64,000 nt of DNA from Candidatus Micrarchaeia archaeon (GCA_038870455.1 JAWCPB010000001.1:1-64000), one strand, 5' to 3'. Counted from the first letter of the stretch, positions 26,997 to 36,741 are shown. A program made the numbers and translations. The notes: generated by a model from the letters alone, not told the origin.

Positions 26997-28411
26997 ATCA
27001 TCCTCGTGAGGTTGGACACATCCACCTCCTCCCCAAAGAACCGCGAGAGGTCGCGCGCGATGGTTACAAGCAGGATGAAATTAAAAGCCGGCAGCAGAAT
27101 GGCCCCAATGAGAATATAAGAGGCCACCCGGATAAGCCCAAAGATCGCGTATGTGCCGCCCACCAGCGCCAGCAGCGTGCCGCCCAGCGCGCCCTTGAGC
27201 AAAGCCATTCCACCCAGCCTGCCTATCGCCGTCATCGATGTCAGCACGGGCGCCAGGTAGGCTACAAGGACTGCCCATACCGTATGCCCAATAATGGCGA
27301 GCATTCCCAGCGCGTCCTCTTCGCTCACCGACCAAGCAGACCGAGGCACCTTGCAGGACGTGCACACGCCGCCCTCACATTCTCCTGAGAAACAATCGCT
27401 GCCCGCGTCACATGCATCGCCAGGATAGCCGAGCTCAAGACATCTGTTCGGCTGGTTTGGGTCGAACCTTCCAGAACAGCACTCCTGCGCCGTGCTGGCT
27501 TCTCCCGCAAAAATACATGGGGGGCAACTCCCATCTGCATCGCATGTCAGGCCACCACAGCACTCGGTCGTCGAGTAGGGCCTGCACCTGTACTGGGAGG
27601 AGAGGGCGCCCATCACGTCATTTGTGGCATCGGCAATCGCCAGCATGTTTATTCCGAGCAGGATTGGATAGAACACGAACAGCGCCACGGCAATACCCAT
27701 GAGCGCGCCACCGAATCCGCGCGTGAAGCTGAAGCACCTCAGCACAACACCCACGGGCAGCACGATGTTGAACATGGATACGAGGATGAACTTGAGTATC
27801 TCGGCCTGCACGAGGTTGGTTATCCAGGCGATTGTAAAGGACTGCAGCATGAGGTTGAGCCCGCTCTCGAGCGCCGAGAGCCCGGCCATGGGCTGGACGC
27901 TGACGCCATATCCGCCGGGCTGCATGCCGCTCGCATAGCTCGTGGCGATTGCCACGCGCCACTGCAGCACAAAGGCGTGCAACCATCCAGTTATTATTTT
28001 TTCATTCAGCCACCTCACATACTCAAAGGCATAGTCATACAGGTTCGGCGTTGTGCCGGCGGGCATGCCGACGAGGTTTGGGTCGAATCCGAAAAGCGCC
28101 GGAAAGCTCGGGCTGCACAGCACGCCCACGGCCAGCACGAGGTTGGCCACGATGACCAGGCTCGCCGCCGTTTGGTAAAACTCGTTCTTCGCCCACGTCG
28201 CCGCGCCCGCGATGCCCAGCACGGTTGCTCCCATGTACGCGAGCACAAGGATGAAGAAGGAGAGCAGCGCGCCCAGCGTGGCCCAGCCGGCCCACGAGCC
28301 CCAGCTCGCCGTTATGCCGCACGCGTACGCGGCGCTCGTTGAGATGGGTGGGGATATGCTCACACACCCCGCCAGCGCGAATGCGCCCAGCACAACAAAC
28401 ATCCTGTTCAT
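26993..28411 (-). CDS. Polytopic membrane protein, CedA/VirB6-like paralog 5, with lipobox-like N-terminus and Cys-rich loop
   Basis: LAGC; WAKNEFYQ; LPVGVVLRCFSFTRGFGGAL; a Cys-rich insert; C-terminal LSRFFGEEVDVSNLTRMI. Confidence 0.75.
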   Translation of the reverse strand: MNRMFVVLGAFALAGCVSISPPISTSAAYACGITASWGSWAGWATLGALLSFFILVLAYMGATVLGIAGAATWAKNEFYQTAASLVIVANLVLAVGVLCSPSFPALFGFDPNLVGMPAGTTPNLYDYAFEYVRWLNEKIITGWLHAFVLQWRVAIATSYASGMQPGGYGVSVQPMAGLSALESGLNLMLQSFTIAWITNLVQAEILKFILVSMFNIVLPVGVVLRCFSFTRGFGGALMGIAVALFVFYPILLGINMLAIADATNDVMGALSSQYRCRPYSTTECCGGLTCDADGSCPPCIFAGEASTAQECCSGRFDPNQPNRCLELGYPGDACDAGSDCFSGECEGGVCTSCKVPRSAWSVSEEDALGMLAIIGHTVWAVLVAYLAPVLTSMTAIGRLGGMALLKGALGGTLLALVGGTYAIFGLIRVASYILIGAILLPAFNFILLVTIARDLSRFFGEEVDVSNLTRMI

Positions 28412-28415
28412 GTCA

Positions 28416-29618
28416 TCACACTATCTTGGAGAGCGCTTGCAGATTGACGTCGGCTCCCAAAATATTTGCCAGTCCTCTTATCGCCGTGAAGGTGATGAGC
28501 AGCTGGAGGGCAGGCATGACAAATCCCAGCACGACTGTCATGTAAACAAAATAGCCAATGAGCATGATGAGAATGACGGTCAGCGCAGGAATCAGCTTTC
28601 CCGTGGGCAGCAGGAAGAGCAGAAAGAACACCTCCCCAAGATAGACAAAACCGCTCGGATTGAGCAGTGTGGACACGGCGTTCACCAGATGCTCGCGCAT
28701 TGGCTCAGTGATTCTCTCAGCCACATCGAGTGCGGTGCAGCTCGGCGGAAGCGGCGCGCCGAAGCAGTACGCCCTTGCCATGTGCGCCTTCAGAAATTCG
28801 AACGACATGATGTATGTGAGCGGCCACACCACATAGAACCCCACGGCGATGGCGATGAGCGCGCCGCCCGCGCTGCGCGTGAATGGGAACGTCCGCAAAA
28901 GAATCCCGACGGGAAGAAAGATCGGCATCATGGTGTCACGGACAAACTTGAGAAAAACCTGCTGCCCTATGATGCTGGCCAGCGCGAGTCCCTGCCCATT
29001 AAGCACTATGGCGAGCGCATCCAGGATTGGGCGCAGCGCCACGCCCGGCTGTATGGTTATGCCCACACGCATGGGCGCGATGGAGACGGTCGAGGAGGCG
29101 AGCACCCCAAATGCTATGTTCATGCCGTTGAAAATGATGTAAAATACTATCACTATCCTTTGCGCGATGGCGAGAAATTGCTCGGCAACCTGGAATGCAT
29201 CGTTGGCGGATACGGTGAGGCCCGCCGAAACCCTCTCCAGGTACCATGGCAGGTAAAACAGCGGGACGAAAACCTGATCGATGAAGCTGATTATGACGAA
29301 CATCGCGCCAACGAAAATCGCGGTGGCGACGAGCTGGTACAGCTCGTTCTTTGCCCATACAAGCAAGGAGGGCATGCCGAAGCCGAACGCCAGCATGAAC
29401 ATCACAGCGACAACAAAAGACGAGAGCAGCAGGGCGATCATCGTTGGGCCATACCAGTTCACTCTCGTCTCGCACGTTCCCGTCTCGGTGAGGTAGGTGC
29501 CCGGGCAGCATCCACCTGGCCCGGGCGGCGCCCCCGCGCCCGTGCACCGCTGTATCGTGCCGAGGCAGCCAGACAAGAGTATGAGCCCGACCAGCGCGAG
29601 CGCCCACGCCCTCATCAT
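28416..29618 (-). CDS. Polytopic membrane protein, CedA/VirB6-like paralog 4
   Basis: LSGC; WAKNELYQ; LPVGILLRTFPFTRSAGGALIAIAVGFYVVWP; C-terminal LANILGADVNLQALSKIV. Confidence 0.75.
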   Translation of the reverse strand: MMRAWALALVGLILLSGCLGTIQRCTGAGAPPGPGGCCPGTYLTETGTCETRVNWYGPTMIALLLSSFVVAVMFMLAFGFGMPSLLVWAKNELYQLVATAIFVGAMFVIISFIDQVFVPLFYLPWYLERVSAGLTVSANDAFQVAEQFLAIAQRIVIVFYIIFNGMNIAFGVLASSTVSIAPMRVGITIQPGVALRPILDALAIVLNGQGLALASIIGQQVFLKFVRDTMMPIFLPVGILLRTFPFTRSAGGALIAIAVGFYVVWPLTYIMSFEFLKAHMARAYCFGAPLPPSCTALDVAERITEPMREHLVNAVSTLLNPSGFVYLGEVFFLLFLLPTGKLIPALTVILIMLIGYFVYMTVVLGFVMPALQLLITFTAIRGLANILGADVNLQALSKIV

Positions 29619-30688
29619 ATCAACCTCGTTAGCCCGGCGATCTCAATGTCGCCGCCGAGATTCTGCGAGAGTATCTTCACAAAAGATATCGTGGTGATGA
29701 GGCTCACAAACGGCACGAAGGTGGCATAGATAAGGATTTTGGCCGTTTTCTCAAACACGCCCTCGTCACCGATGAGCCAGCTTCCACCGGTGAGCGTGCC
29801 GGTAATGGCATCCCATAGCCCGAAGTTTTCGGGCTTGTGCGGCACAAGACTCTTGCCCAAACCCGTGCCTTGCGCGCTCGTGTATGCCTCCTCCAACGCG
29901 CTCGGGTCGATGATGAGCACGTATGTTTTGGCCGTGGTGGCGCCCACCACGGCGTGAGCCAGCAGATAGACAATGGGTAGCACGAAATAGACGCCTATGG
30001 CCACCGCCATGAGCAGTCCCCCGAGCCTTCGCGTCATGAAGAACGAGCGCAGCACAATGCCGAGCGCCAGTAGCGTCGGATACAGCGAGAACATCGTCAG
30101 ATCGAAAAAGACCTCAACGGCCTTCATGACTATCATGACCTTGGTGATGAGGTCAAACGTGGTGTTGAGGCTGTCGGTGATGACATGAAAACCTGCGAGC
30201 GGGGTGAACATGAAGTTGAGCCACGGTGCAACCAGCCCCTCCCAGCCCACGGACATCGATGCCAGCATGAGCAGCCATGAGTTCGTGCGCAGGATGAGTT
30301 TGTTCATCTCCCTCAGGTTGGAATACATCGCAGTCGTGTAGTTGCGGGCCAGCAGGATGTGGCATCCAGTTCCCGTGCAGCCCACATCGGCCGCCAGCGC
30401 GGCATCCAAGCTCGTCAGCAGCCCGACGAGCGCGGCCACGATGACGAGGCTGGCGATTGCCTGGTACAGCTCGTTCTTGCCCCACGTCTTGAGGTGAGCG
30501 ATGTTGAAACCGAAGCCCACCGCATAGGCTAGTGCTGTCAGCATCAGCATGATGAACGCGAGCGTGAGCGCCTCGGCCCGCCAGTCCCACGGCGTGCCGC
30601 CCCACAGCGTGGTGATTGGCTTTCCCCCGAGCGTCACACAGCCCGACAGCAGGAGCAGGGCAAGCACGGCCACAAGCACTTTTTTCAT
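29615..30688 (-). CDS. Polytopic membrane protein, CedA/VirB6-like paralog 3
   Basis: LSGC; WGKNELYQ; LGIVLRSFFMTRRLGGLLMAVAIGVYFVLP; C-terminal LSQNLGGDIEIAGLTRLI. Confidence 0.75.
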   Translation of the reverse strand: MKKVLVAVLALLLLSGCVTLGGKPITTLWGGTPWDWRAEALTLAFIMLMLTALAYAVGFGFNIAHLKTWGKNELYQAIASLVIVAALVGLLTSLDAALAADVGCTGTGCHILLARNYTTAMYSNLREMNKLILRTNSWLLMLASMSVGWEGLVAPWLNFMFTPLAGFHVITDSLNTTFDLITKVMIVMKAVEVFFDLTMFSLYPTLLALGIVLRSFFMTRRLGGLLMAVAIGVYFVLPIVYLLAHAVVGATTAKTYVLIIDPSALEEAYTSAQGTGLGKSLVPHKPENFGLWDAITGTLTGGSWLIGDEGVFEKTAKILIYATFVPFVSLITTISFVKILSQNLGGDIEIAGLTRLI

Positions 30689-30692
30689 CGCA

Positions 30693-31631
30693 TCATCTAC
30701 CCAGCTTGTGTATGATGACTTTTACGGTTGCCTTGATGAATGTAGTGGTGATCACCATGCTCAGCGCGGGCAGGAAGACCGCCTGGGGAATGACATGGCT
30801 GATGGTCAGAAACGCCTTGCACTGCCTGCGCGGATCAAAATAGCTGAAAATCCCGAAACGGCTCACATCACCCGGGTTGGCAGGCGTGCCCGGATCGAGC
30901 GGCACGCTGCACAGCCCGAAGAGTCCCAGCTTTGCGCTCGGGTCGTTGATGTCGCTCCAGATCACATCGGCGACCATGGCGTTCATCACATAAGTGAGCG
31001 GAAACACCACGTAGAAGCCAAAGGCTGCTGCCATGAGGAACGCGCCCGCATCCCTGGTGAAGGAGATGCCTCTCAGCAGAATGCCCGCGGGCAGCACGAT
31101 TTGGAACATGGTGGCCTGGATGAACTGCAACAGCACCTGCTGCAACAGCAGGCTTGAGAGAAGGGGCCCGAGGATGTTCTCGAGCAAGTTGATGTTGTTG
31201 GCAAGTCCCTTTAGCCCGGCGAGCGGCGCATAGCTGAATCCCCACGCCGTGGGTCCTATCTGCACCGCGTACTGCCCGATGACATTCGCTTCGTACGCCA
31301 ACGCAAACAGCTCCATCATGGTGGGCACGGCCTGCGTCCACACCAGCTCGGTGAGATACTTGTCCGCTATGTCAAACGGATTGCCTCCGGCGAGCTGCAG
31401 CGAGAGCTGGCAGGCCAGGCTCGAGAAAAACGCCGCGTTGGCCAGCAGGAAAAGCGTCAGAAGGACTTGGAAGAACTCCTCCTTCGCCCACGCCTGCCAG
31501 CCGGGCCTTGCAAACAGCGGGGCCACCATGTACACCCCGCCGACAAACATGAACACGATGAGCATGGCTACGGCAACGGTGTCGCCAATTCCCGGCAGGG
31601 GAGCGCAATACGAGAGAGTTGCGGCAGGCAT
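30693..31631 (-). CDS. Polytopic membrane protein, CedA/VirB6-like paralog 2
   Basis: Start at MPAATL (31631); WAKEEFFQ; LPAGILLRGISFTRDAGAFLMAAAFGFYVVFP. Confidence 0.75.
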   Translation of the reverse strand: MPAATLSYCAPLPGIGDTVAVAMLIVFMFVGGVYMVAPLFARPGWQAWAKEEFFQVLLTLFLLANAAFFSSLACQLSLQLAGGNPFDIADKYLTELVWTQAVPTMMELFALAYEANVIGQYAVQIGPTAWGFSYAPLAGLKGLANNINLLENILGPLLSSLLLQQVLLQFIQATMFQIVLPAGILLRGISFTRDAGAFLMAAAFGFYVVFPLTYVMNAMVADVIWSDINDPSAKLGLFGLCSVPLDPGTPANPGDVSRFGIFSYFDPRRQCKAFLTISHVIPQAVFLPALSMVITTTFIKATVKVIIHKLGR

Positions 31632-31633
31632 GC

Positions 31634-33319
31634 TCACACCAACTTGGTCATCCCAGCCAGCTGCGTCTCTCCACCGAGCGAGCCTGACAACGAGCGGAAG
31701 AATGTTATGACGATTATGATGTCGACTACGGTCAGCACAGTCACCACAAGCAGCTTTCTCACCACAATGGGCAGCGCCCACTCGTCTGGAACCAACCAGG
31801 TAAAGGTCGGATTATCGGTGAGGCCGGCGTTGGGGCACAGGGCCGGCACGCTGCCTTTGCACGATGAACATGGCTGCTGTGCCGTGTTGGCATCGCACGT
31901 GATGTAGTCATACGCAGCGTACACATAATACGTGGGCCAAAGGCTCTGGAAAGAGCCAGAGCCCACCGCCCCAAGTAGGCTAACCAGTGGCGAGCCCGCC
32001 ACCACCCCAACGCCCGTGATGCCGGCGAAAAGCAGCTGCCCGCCCACCGATTTCCACACCTCTCCCGCCCGCTCGTACTCCCGCCTCAGCCAGCACATGA
32101 CCTGATACCATTTGCACGCGGGCTTCACCGTGACATTGAGGCTGGCCTCGGCCATGTCCTGGCAATAACCACGCGGGTCACACCCGCCGTAAGACGTGCC
32201 ATCGGGCCTAACCACTACAGGGCATCCTTCGCTGCAGGGCGTGGCGTTTATCGTTGTCACCACAACCCCGTACTCAAAAAGACCCTCGCCCGGATTGCTC
32301 ACGGGAAAGTTAACGGGCACGCCAGCGGCATAAGCCCCTTCACCGAGCCATACGAAATCCGTAGACGCGCCCTCCTTCCACTCTCTGTACCACACATCAT
32401 AAGTGCCATTGGGCGCCTGGATGAGAAAAGTGAGGTTGAAATAGCCGGTCCCGCCGACAGTGCTGAGGGGCGAGAAAAAGGCAATCTTACCAATGCGTCC
32501 GAGGTCGCTTTCGACAATCCTCCACTCCGGCGGGATGTCGCCAGCCGCGCTGTACTGCGCCACAACATCTCTGTCATACTCATAGATGCCCTTATTGAGG
32601 GCGAGCGTGAGCGGAAACACGACATACCCCGATATGGCGAGCGCGATGATGGTCGAGCCAAGCTTTCGCGTCAGACTGAACGTCCTGAGTATCAGGCCGA
32701 ATGGCAGGAAAAACGTGAAGAACTGCTCGTATATAAACTCCAGCAGCGCTTGCTGGGCCATGAGATTGACGATGGTGAGCGCGGCGGCGTCGGCGATTTT
32801 TACAATCATCCCGTTCACCATCGTCAGCCCCACCAGCGGGCTGATGCCCACGTTGGGCATCGTTGTGCCGATGGGAATCCCAAAAAGCTGCGGATAGAGC
32901 ACGGTGCCCATTGTACCGAGCGTGCCTATGCCGGCATCGAGCGTCAGCAGGCGGGTATAAACGCGCGTCAGGTCGTTCAGCGTCTCGCTCAGATAAGCAT
33001 AGCCGAGGCCGATGTGGCTGTAGCCACCCGTCATGTCTGACACAATTGTGTTAAGCACGGTCAGCGAGGAGAAGACAAGGCCCACCATGAGCGCGCTCAC
33101 CGCCGCTTCGGCGAGCTCGTTCTTTGCCCATGCCTGCAGCTCGGGCGAGCGAAGCAGCTCGGACAGCATGTACGCAATTGCCACGAACAGGAACGAGATG
33201 GCAACTGCCGTGAGGGCGATCGAAAACCAAAACGCCTCGCCTCCCCACGTTGTCTGTATCGACGTTGTCACATTGAGCAGGAACTGCTCGGGCGGCGCGG
33301 TCGGGGAAGGCAGGGTCAT
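31634..33319 (-). CDS. Polytopic membrane protein, CedA/VirB6-like paralog 1, with large Cys-containing extracellular insert
   Basis: Start at MTLPSP (33319); the longer called ORF overlaps leuS. WAKNELAE; LPFGLILRTFSLTRKLGSTIIALAISGYVVFP; C-terminal LSGSLGGETQLAGMTKLV. Confidence 0.75.
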   Translation of the reverse strand: MTLPSPTAPPEQFLLNVTTSIQTTWGGEAFWFSIALTAVAISFLFVAIAYMLSELLRSPELQAWAKNELAEAAVSALMVGLVFSSLTVLNTIVSDMTGGYSHIGLGYAYLSETLNDLTRVYTRLLTLDAGIGTLGTMGTVLYPQLFGIPIGTTMPNVGISPLVGLTMVNGMIVKIADAAALTIVNLMAQQALLEFIYEQFFTFFLPFGLILRTFSLTRKLGSTIIALAISGYVVFPLTLALNKGIYEYDRDVVAQYSAAGDIPPEWRIVESDLGRIGKIAFFSPLSTVGGTGYFNLTFLIQAPNGTYDVWYREWKEGASTDFVWLGEGAYAAGVPVNFPVSNPGEGLFEYGVVVTTINATPCSEGCPVVVRPDGTSYGGCDPRGYCQDMAEASLNVTVKPACKWYQVMCWLRREYERAGEVWKSVGGQLLFAGITGVGVVAGSPLVSLLGAVGSGSFQSLWPTYYVYAAYDYITCDANTAQQPCSSCKGSVPALCPNAGLTDNPTFTWLVPDEWALPIVVRKLLVVTVLTVVDIIIVITFFRSLSGSLGGETQLAGMTKLV

Positions 33320-33344
33320 CTCTATCGAGGTTTTTACTTCTCCA

Positions 33345-33356
33345 CGCTTTAAATAG
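33345..33356. promoter_or_regulatory. Putative bidirectional TATA box between the membrane-protein operon and leuS
   Basis: TTTAAATA in a 57-nt divergent intergenic gap, about 25-30 nt from both start codons. Confidence 0.45.
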
Positions 33357-33376
33357 GTTATCTGTGAAAAAACCGC

Positions 33377-36163
33377 GTGGGGCAATCCATCGAGGAAAAA
33401 TGGCAGAAAAGATGGGCCGAGGCCAGGCTGTTCGAGGCCGAGCCGCAGCCAGGCAGGAAAAAGTTTTACCTCACCGCGGCGTATCCCTACCCCAATTCTC
33501 CGCAGCACATCGGCCACGCCCGGACATACACGACTACCGACGTTTATGCGCGGTTCAAGCGCGCCCAAGGATACAACGTGCTTTTTCCCATGGGCTTTCA
33601 CGTCACGGGCACGCCCATCCTCGCAATGGCAAAGAGGCTCGCGGCCAGGGAAGAGGAGCTGCTGAGCCTTTTCGAAAAGGTTTTCGGCATCCCGAAAGAA
33701 ATCTCGCTTTCCCTCGCCGAGCCCACCGCGCTCGTGGCCTTCTTCTCGCGCGAAATCGAGCAGGGCATGCGCGAGATGGGCTTTTCGATTGACTGGCGCA
33801 GGAAGTTCTACACCTATGACCCCGACTACAATGCATTCATTCAGTGGCAGTTCCGCAAGCTGAAGGAAAGAGGCTTCATCACCAAAGGCGCGCACCCCGT
33901 TCCCTGGTGCCCGCGCGACAACCAGGCCGTGGGAAGCCACGACACAAGGGGAGACATAGACCCTGAGCTCGGCGAATTCACGCTCATAAAGTTCGCCTTC
34001 GGCGACGCCTTCCTTCCCGCCGCCACCCTGCGCCCCGAGACGATTTACGGCGTGACCAGCATGTGGATAAATTCCGATGCCGACTATGTCAGGGCGCGCG
34101 TGGATGACGAGAACTGGATTGTCTCAAAGGAAGGGGCGGAGAAGCTGGCCGCCCAGGGAAGAAAAGTGGAGGTGCTCGCGCAGCTCAAGGGCTCCGATGT
34201 TAAAGGCGAGTGCATTAATCCCATCAACAGCCAGCCCGTGCCGATTTTCCCAGCTTCATTCGTCGATCCCTCGAACGCCACGGGCGTTGTCATGAGCGTG
34301 CCAGCCCACGCTCCATACGACTACTTAGCCCTCCGCGATTACCTCCGCACGGCTGGCCAGCTCTCCCGGCTCGAGGCCATGCTCGTTCCCGTGCTGAAGA
34401 TAGAGGGCTATGGCAGCGCGCCGGCAAAGGAAATCAGCGAGGCCATGGGCATAGCGAGCCAGAATGACCCCAAAGCCGAGGAGGCGACGAGGGAAATCTA
34501 CAGGAAGGAGGCGCACACGGGGGTGATGGTCGCCGGAAAATACGCCGGCGAGCGCGTGCTCACCGCGAAGGAAAAAATAAAGGCCGACCTGCTGGGCGAG
34601 GGAAAGGCCTCGCTCCTTCACGAGATCATCAACGGCCCCGTGTATTGCAGGTGCGGCGCCCGTTGCATCGTAAAGAGCATCAAAGATCAGTGGTTCATTG
34701 ACTACGGCAATGCCGCCTGGAAACGCGCCGCGCTGGAGTGCCTGCAGGGCATGCGTGTCATCCCACAGAAAACCATTCCGGAGTACGAATACACCATCGG
34801 CTGGCTTAAGGAGAAAGCCTGCACGAGAGCCCAGGGACTGGGCACCCGCTTTCCATTCGACGAGCGCCAGATGATTGAGGCGCTCAGCGACTCGACCATC
34901 TACATGGCATACTACACGGTGGTTCACATACTGCGCCGGGAGGAAATCCCCTTGTCCGAAGCCGCGTTCGACTACATCTTCCTAGGGAGGGGGAAGGGCT
35001 CTCCCGCGCTGGACGCCGCCAGGCGGGAGTTCCTCTACTGGTATCCCCTCGACTCGCGGCATTCGGCCACCGACCTCGTGCACAACCACCTGACGTTCTT
35101 CATTTTCAATCACACCGCGGTTTTCCCGCGCGAGCTATGGCCCAGGCAGATCGTCACAAACGGCTTTGTGCTCATGGAGGGAAGCAAGATGAGCAAGAGC
35201 CTTGGCAACATCCTTCCCCTGCGCCTTGCCATAAGAAAGTACGGCGCGGACGTCGTGCGCTTCAGCGTGGTCTCGGGCGCCGACCTGGCGCAGGATGCCG
35301 ACTTCAACGAAACCCTTGCCGAGGCGATTTCCACTCGCCTCAAGTACTTCGCTTCGCTGGCCGAAATCGCTGCCACCGCGAGTTCCCGCGAGCTCAACCA
35401 CCTAGACCGATGGATGCTCTCCAGGCTCCACCGGAAAATACGCGACTACGAGAAGAACATGGAGGAACTGCGCTTCCGCGAGGTGGCCCAGGATGTCTTC
35501 TACAACCTGGCCAACGAGCTGCGCTGGTACGCCCGGCGCACCGGAAAGGCCAATGGCCGCGTGCTGCGCGAAGTGCTCGAGAACTGGATTCTCCTCATCG
35601 CTCCATTCATGCCCCACTTTGCCGAGGAGGCATGGGAGCGGCTTGGGAAAAAACAGTTTGTCAAGGAAGCGGCGTTCGTCTCGGCAGCCTCCCTGCCCGA
35701 GCCCGACGAAACAAAAATAAGCCCGCTGGACGAGCTGGGCGAGGAAATAGTCATCAGCACGCGCGGGGACATCGAAAACATTCAGAAAATCACTGGGAAG
35801 AAGGCAAAGCGCATTTTCCTGTATGTCGCAGCCGACTGGAAACGCGCCCTCTATCGTCTGTTGTTTGAAGAAAAGAAGTTCGAGCCCGCCATTAAGCGGG
35901 CAATGGCCGACGCGGTCTTAAGGCAACACGCGAAAGACGCGTCCAGGGTGCTGGCGGCCCTTGCGAAAAACATCGGCGGGCTCTCGCCCGTCTGCCCGAG
36001 CCAGGCCGAGGAGGAGGCTGTGCTGCGCGAGGCCATTCCCTTTCTCTCCGGAGAGTTCGGCGGAGCCGAAGTGGCTGTCGCGAGGGAAGAGGACGCGCCC
36101 GCCCCGCACGCGGCAAAAGCCGAGGGGACTATGCCTTTAAAACCGAGCATATTCATTGAATAA
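33377..36163 (+). CDS. leuS: Leucine--tRNA ligase, archaeal type
   Basis: YPYPN..HIGH, TLRPET, ATGVVMSVPAHAPYD editing domain, KMSKS. Confidence 0.97.
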   Translation: MGQSIEEKWQKRWAEARLFEAEPQPGRKKFYLTAAYPYPNSPQHIGHARTYTTTDVYARFKRAQGYNVLFPMGFHVTGTPILAMAKRLAAREEELLSLFEKVFGIPKEISLSLAEPTALVAFFSREIEQGMREMGFSIDWRRKFYTYDPDYNAFIQWQFRKLKERGFITKGAHPVPWCPRDNQAVGSHDTRGDIDPELGEFTLIKFAFGDAFLPAATLRPETIYGVTSMWINSDADYVRARVDDENWIVSKEGAEKLAAQGRKVEVLAQLKGSDVKGECINPINSQPVPIFPASFVDPSNATGVVMSVPAHAPYDYLALRDYLRTAGQLSRLEAMLVPVLKIEGYGSAPAKEISEAMGIASQNDPKAEEATREIYRKEAHTGVMVAGKYAGERVLTAKEKIKADLLGEGKASLLHEIINGPVYCRCGARCIVKSIKDQWFIDYGNAAWKRAALECLQGMRVIPQKTIPEYEYTIGWLKEKACTRAQGLGTRFPFDERQMIEALSDSTIYMAYYTVVHILRREEIPLSEAAFDYIFLGRGKGSPALDAARREFLYWYPLDSRHSATDLVHNHLTFFIFNHTAVFPRELWPRQIVTNGFVLMEGSKMSKSLGNILPLRLAIRKYGADVVRFSVVSGADLAQDADFNETLAEAISTRLKYFASLAEIAATASSRELNHLDRWMLSRLHRKIRDYEKNMEELRFREVAQDVFYNLANELRWYARRTGKANGRVLREVLENWILLIAPFMPHFAEEAWERLGKKQFVKEAAFVSAASLPEPDETKISPLDELGEEIVISTRGDIENIQKITGKKAKRIFLYVAADWKRALYRLLFEEKKFEPAIKRAMADAVLRQHAKDASRVLAALAKNIGGLSPVCPSQAEEEAVLREAIPFLSGEFGGAEVAVAREEDAPAPHAAKAEGTMPLKPSIFIE

Positions 36164-36701
36164 GCTGGTCAGTATGGTTCTTGAGTCAAAGGAAAGCAGG
36201 GCGGGCGCGCTGAGCGCGCTGGGCGCGGTCGTTCTCGCCTACGCGTTTTACTCTCTGTACCTCGCCGCGCAGGTTCCCGCCTCTTCCTTTCCGAGCATCA
36301 CCGCGCGCTCGGCCGCGCTCATCGGCAGCGCGGCGCTGCCAGCCGGCGTCGGCTTCGCGCTCCTGTTTCTCGGAGTCACGATGCTGTTCGCCACCGCGCG
36401 CTCGGCCGCTTTCTTCGTGCTCGCGGCCCTCGCGTGGCTCTACGCCGCCTACAGCCTGCACAGCCTCGGCTCGGTCGCCGCCACGACCGACATCCCGTCC
36501 TATGCGACGCACGTCGGGATTCCCGTGGTGGCGTTCGCTTTCCTGGCCGCCGCGGGCATGTTCGTGGCCGATCGCGAAAGGTCAGCCCGGCTGAAGAGCC
36601 TCGAGGAGGAGGTCGCTTCGCTCCGCGCAGCGCTGGAGGAGGAAAAGGCGAAGCGCGCAGAAGCTGAGAAAAAGGCGAGCCCGTTTCTCATAAAAGAATA
36701 G
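36156..36701 (+). CDS. Four-TM membrane protein with C-terminal coiled coil
   Basis: Four hydrophobic segments, then LEEEVASLRAALEEEK; overlaps the leuS stop. Confidence 0.6.
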   Translation: MNKLVSMVLESKESRAGALSALGAVVLAYAFYSLYLAAQVPASSFPSITARSAALIGSAALPAGVGFALLFLGVTMLFATARSAAFFVLAALAWLYAAYSLHSLGSVAATTDIPSYATHVGIPVVAFAFLAAAGMFVADRERSARLKSLEEEVASLRAALEEEKAKRAEAEKKASPFLIKE

Positions 36702-36741
36702 TTTATTAATTTCTGCGAAGAATATTTTCGGTGGTTCTTCT

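Noticed and set aside
28212-29729. 505-aa plus-strand ORF, and similar long antisense ORFs elsewhere
   Set aside because: Shadows of real minus-strand genes in GC-rich DNA, with no motifs and atypical composition.
24636-33319. Integrated conjugative element or provirus
   Set aside because: No integrase, relaxase, VirB4, att repeats or viral genes. The operon shares a short divergent promoter region with leuS, which suggests a resident locus.
33320-33940. N-terminal 207 aa of the called 768-aa ORF
   Set aside because: Antisense shadow of leuS. The paralog-like sequence starts at 33319, downstream of a TATA-like box.
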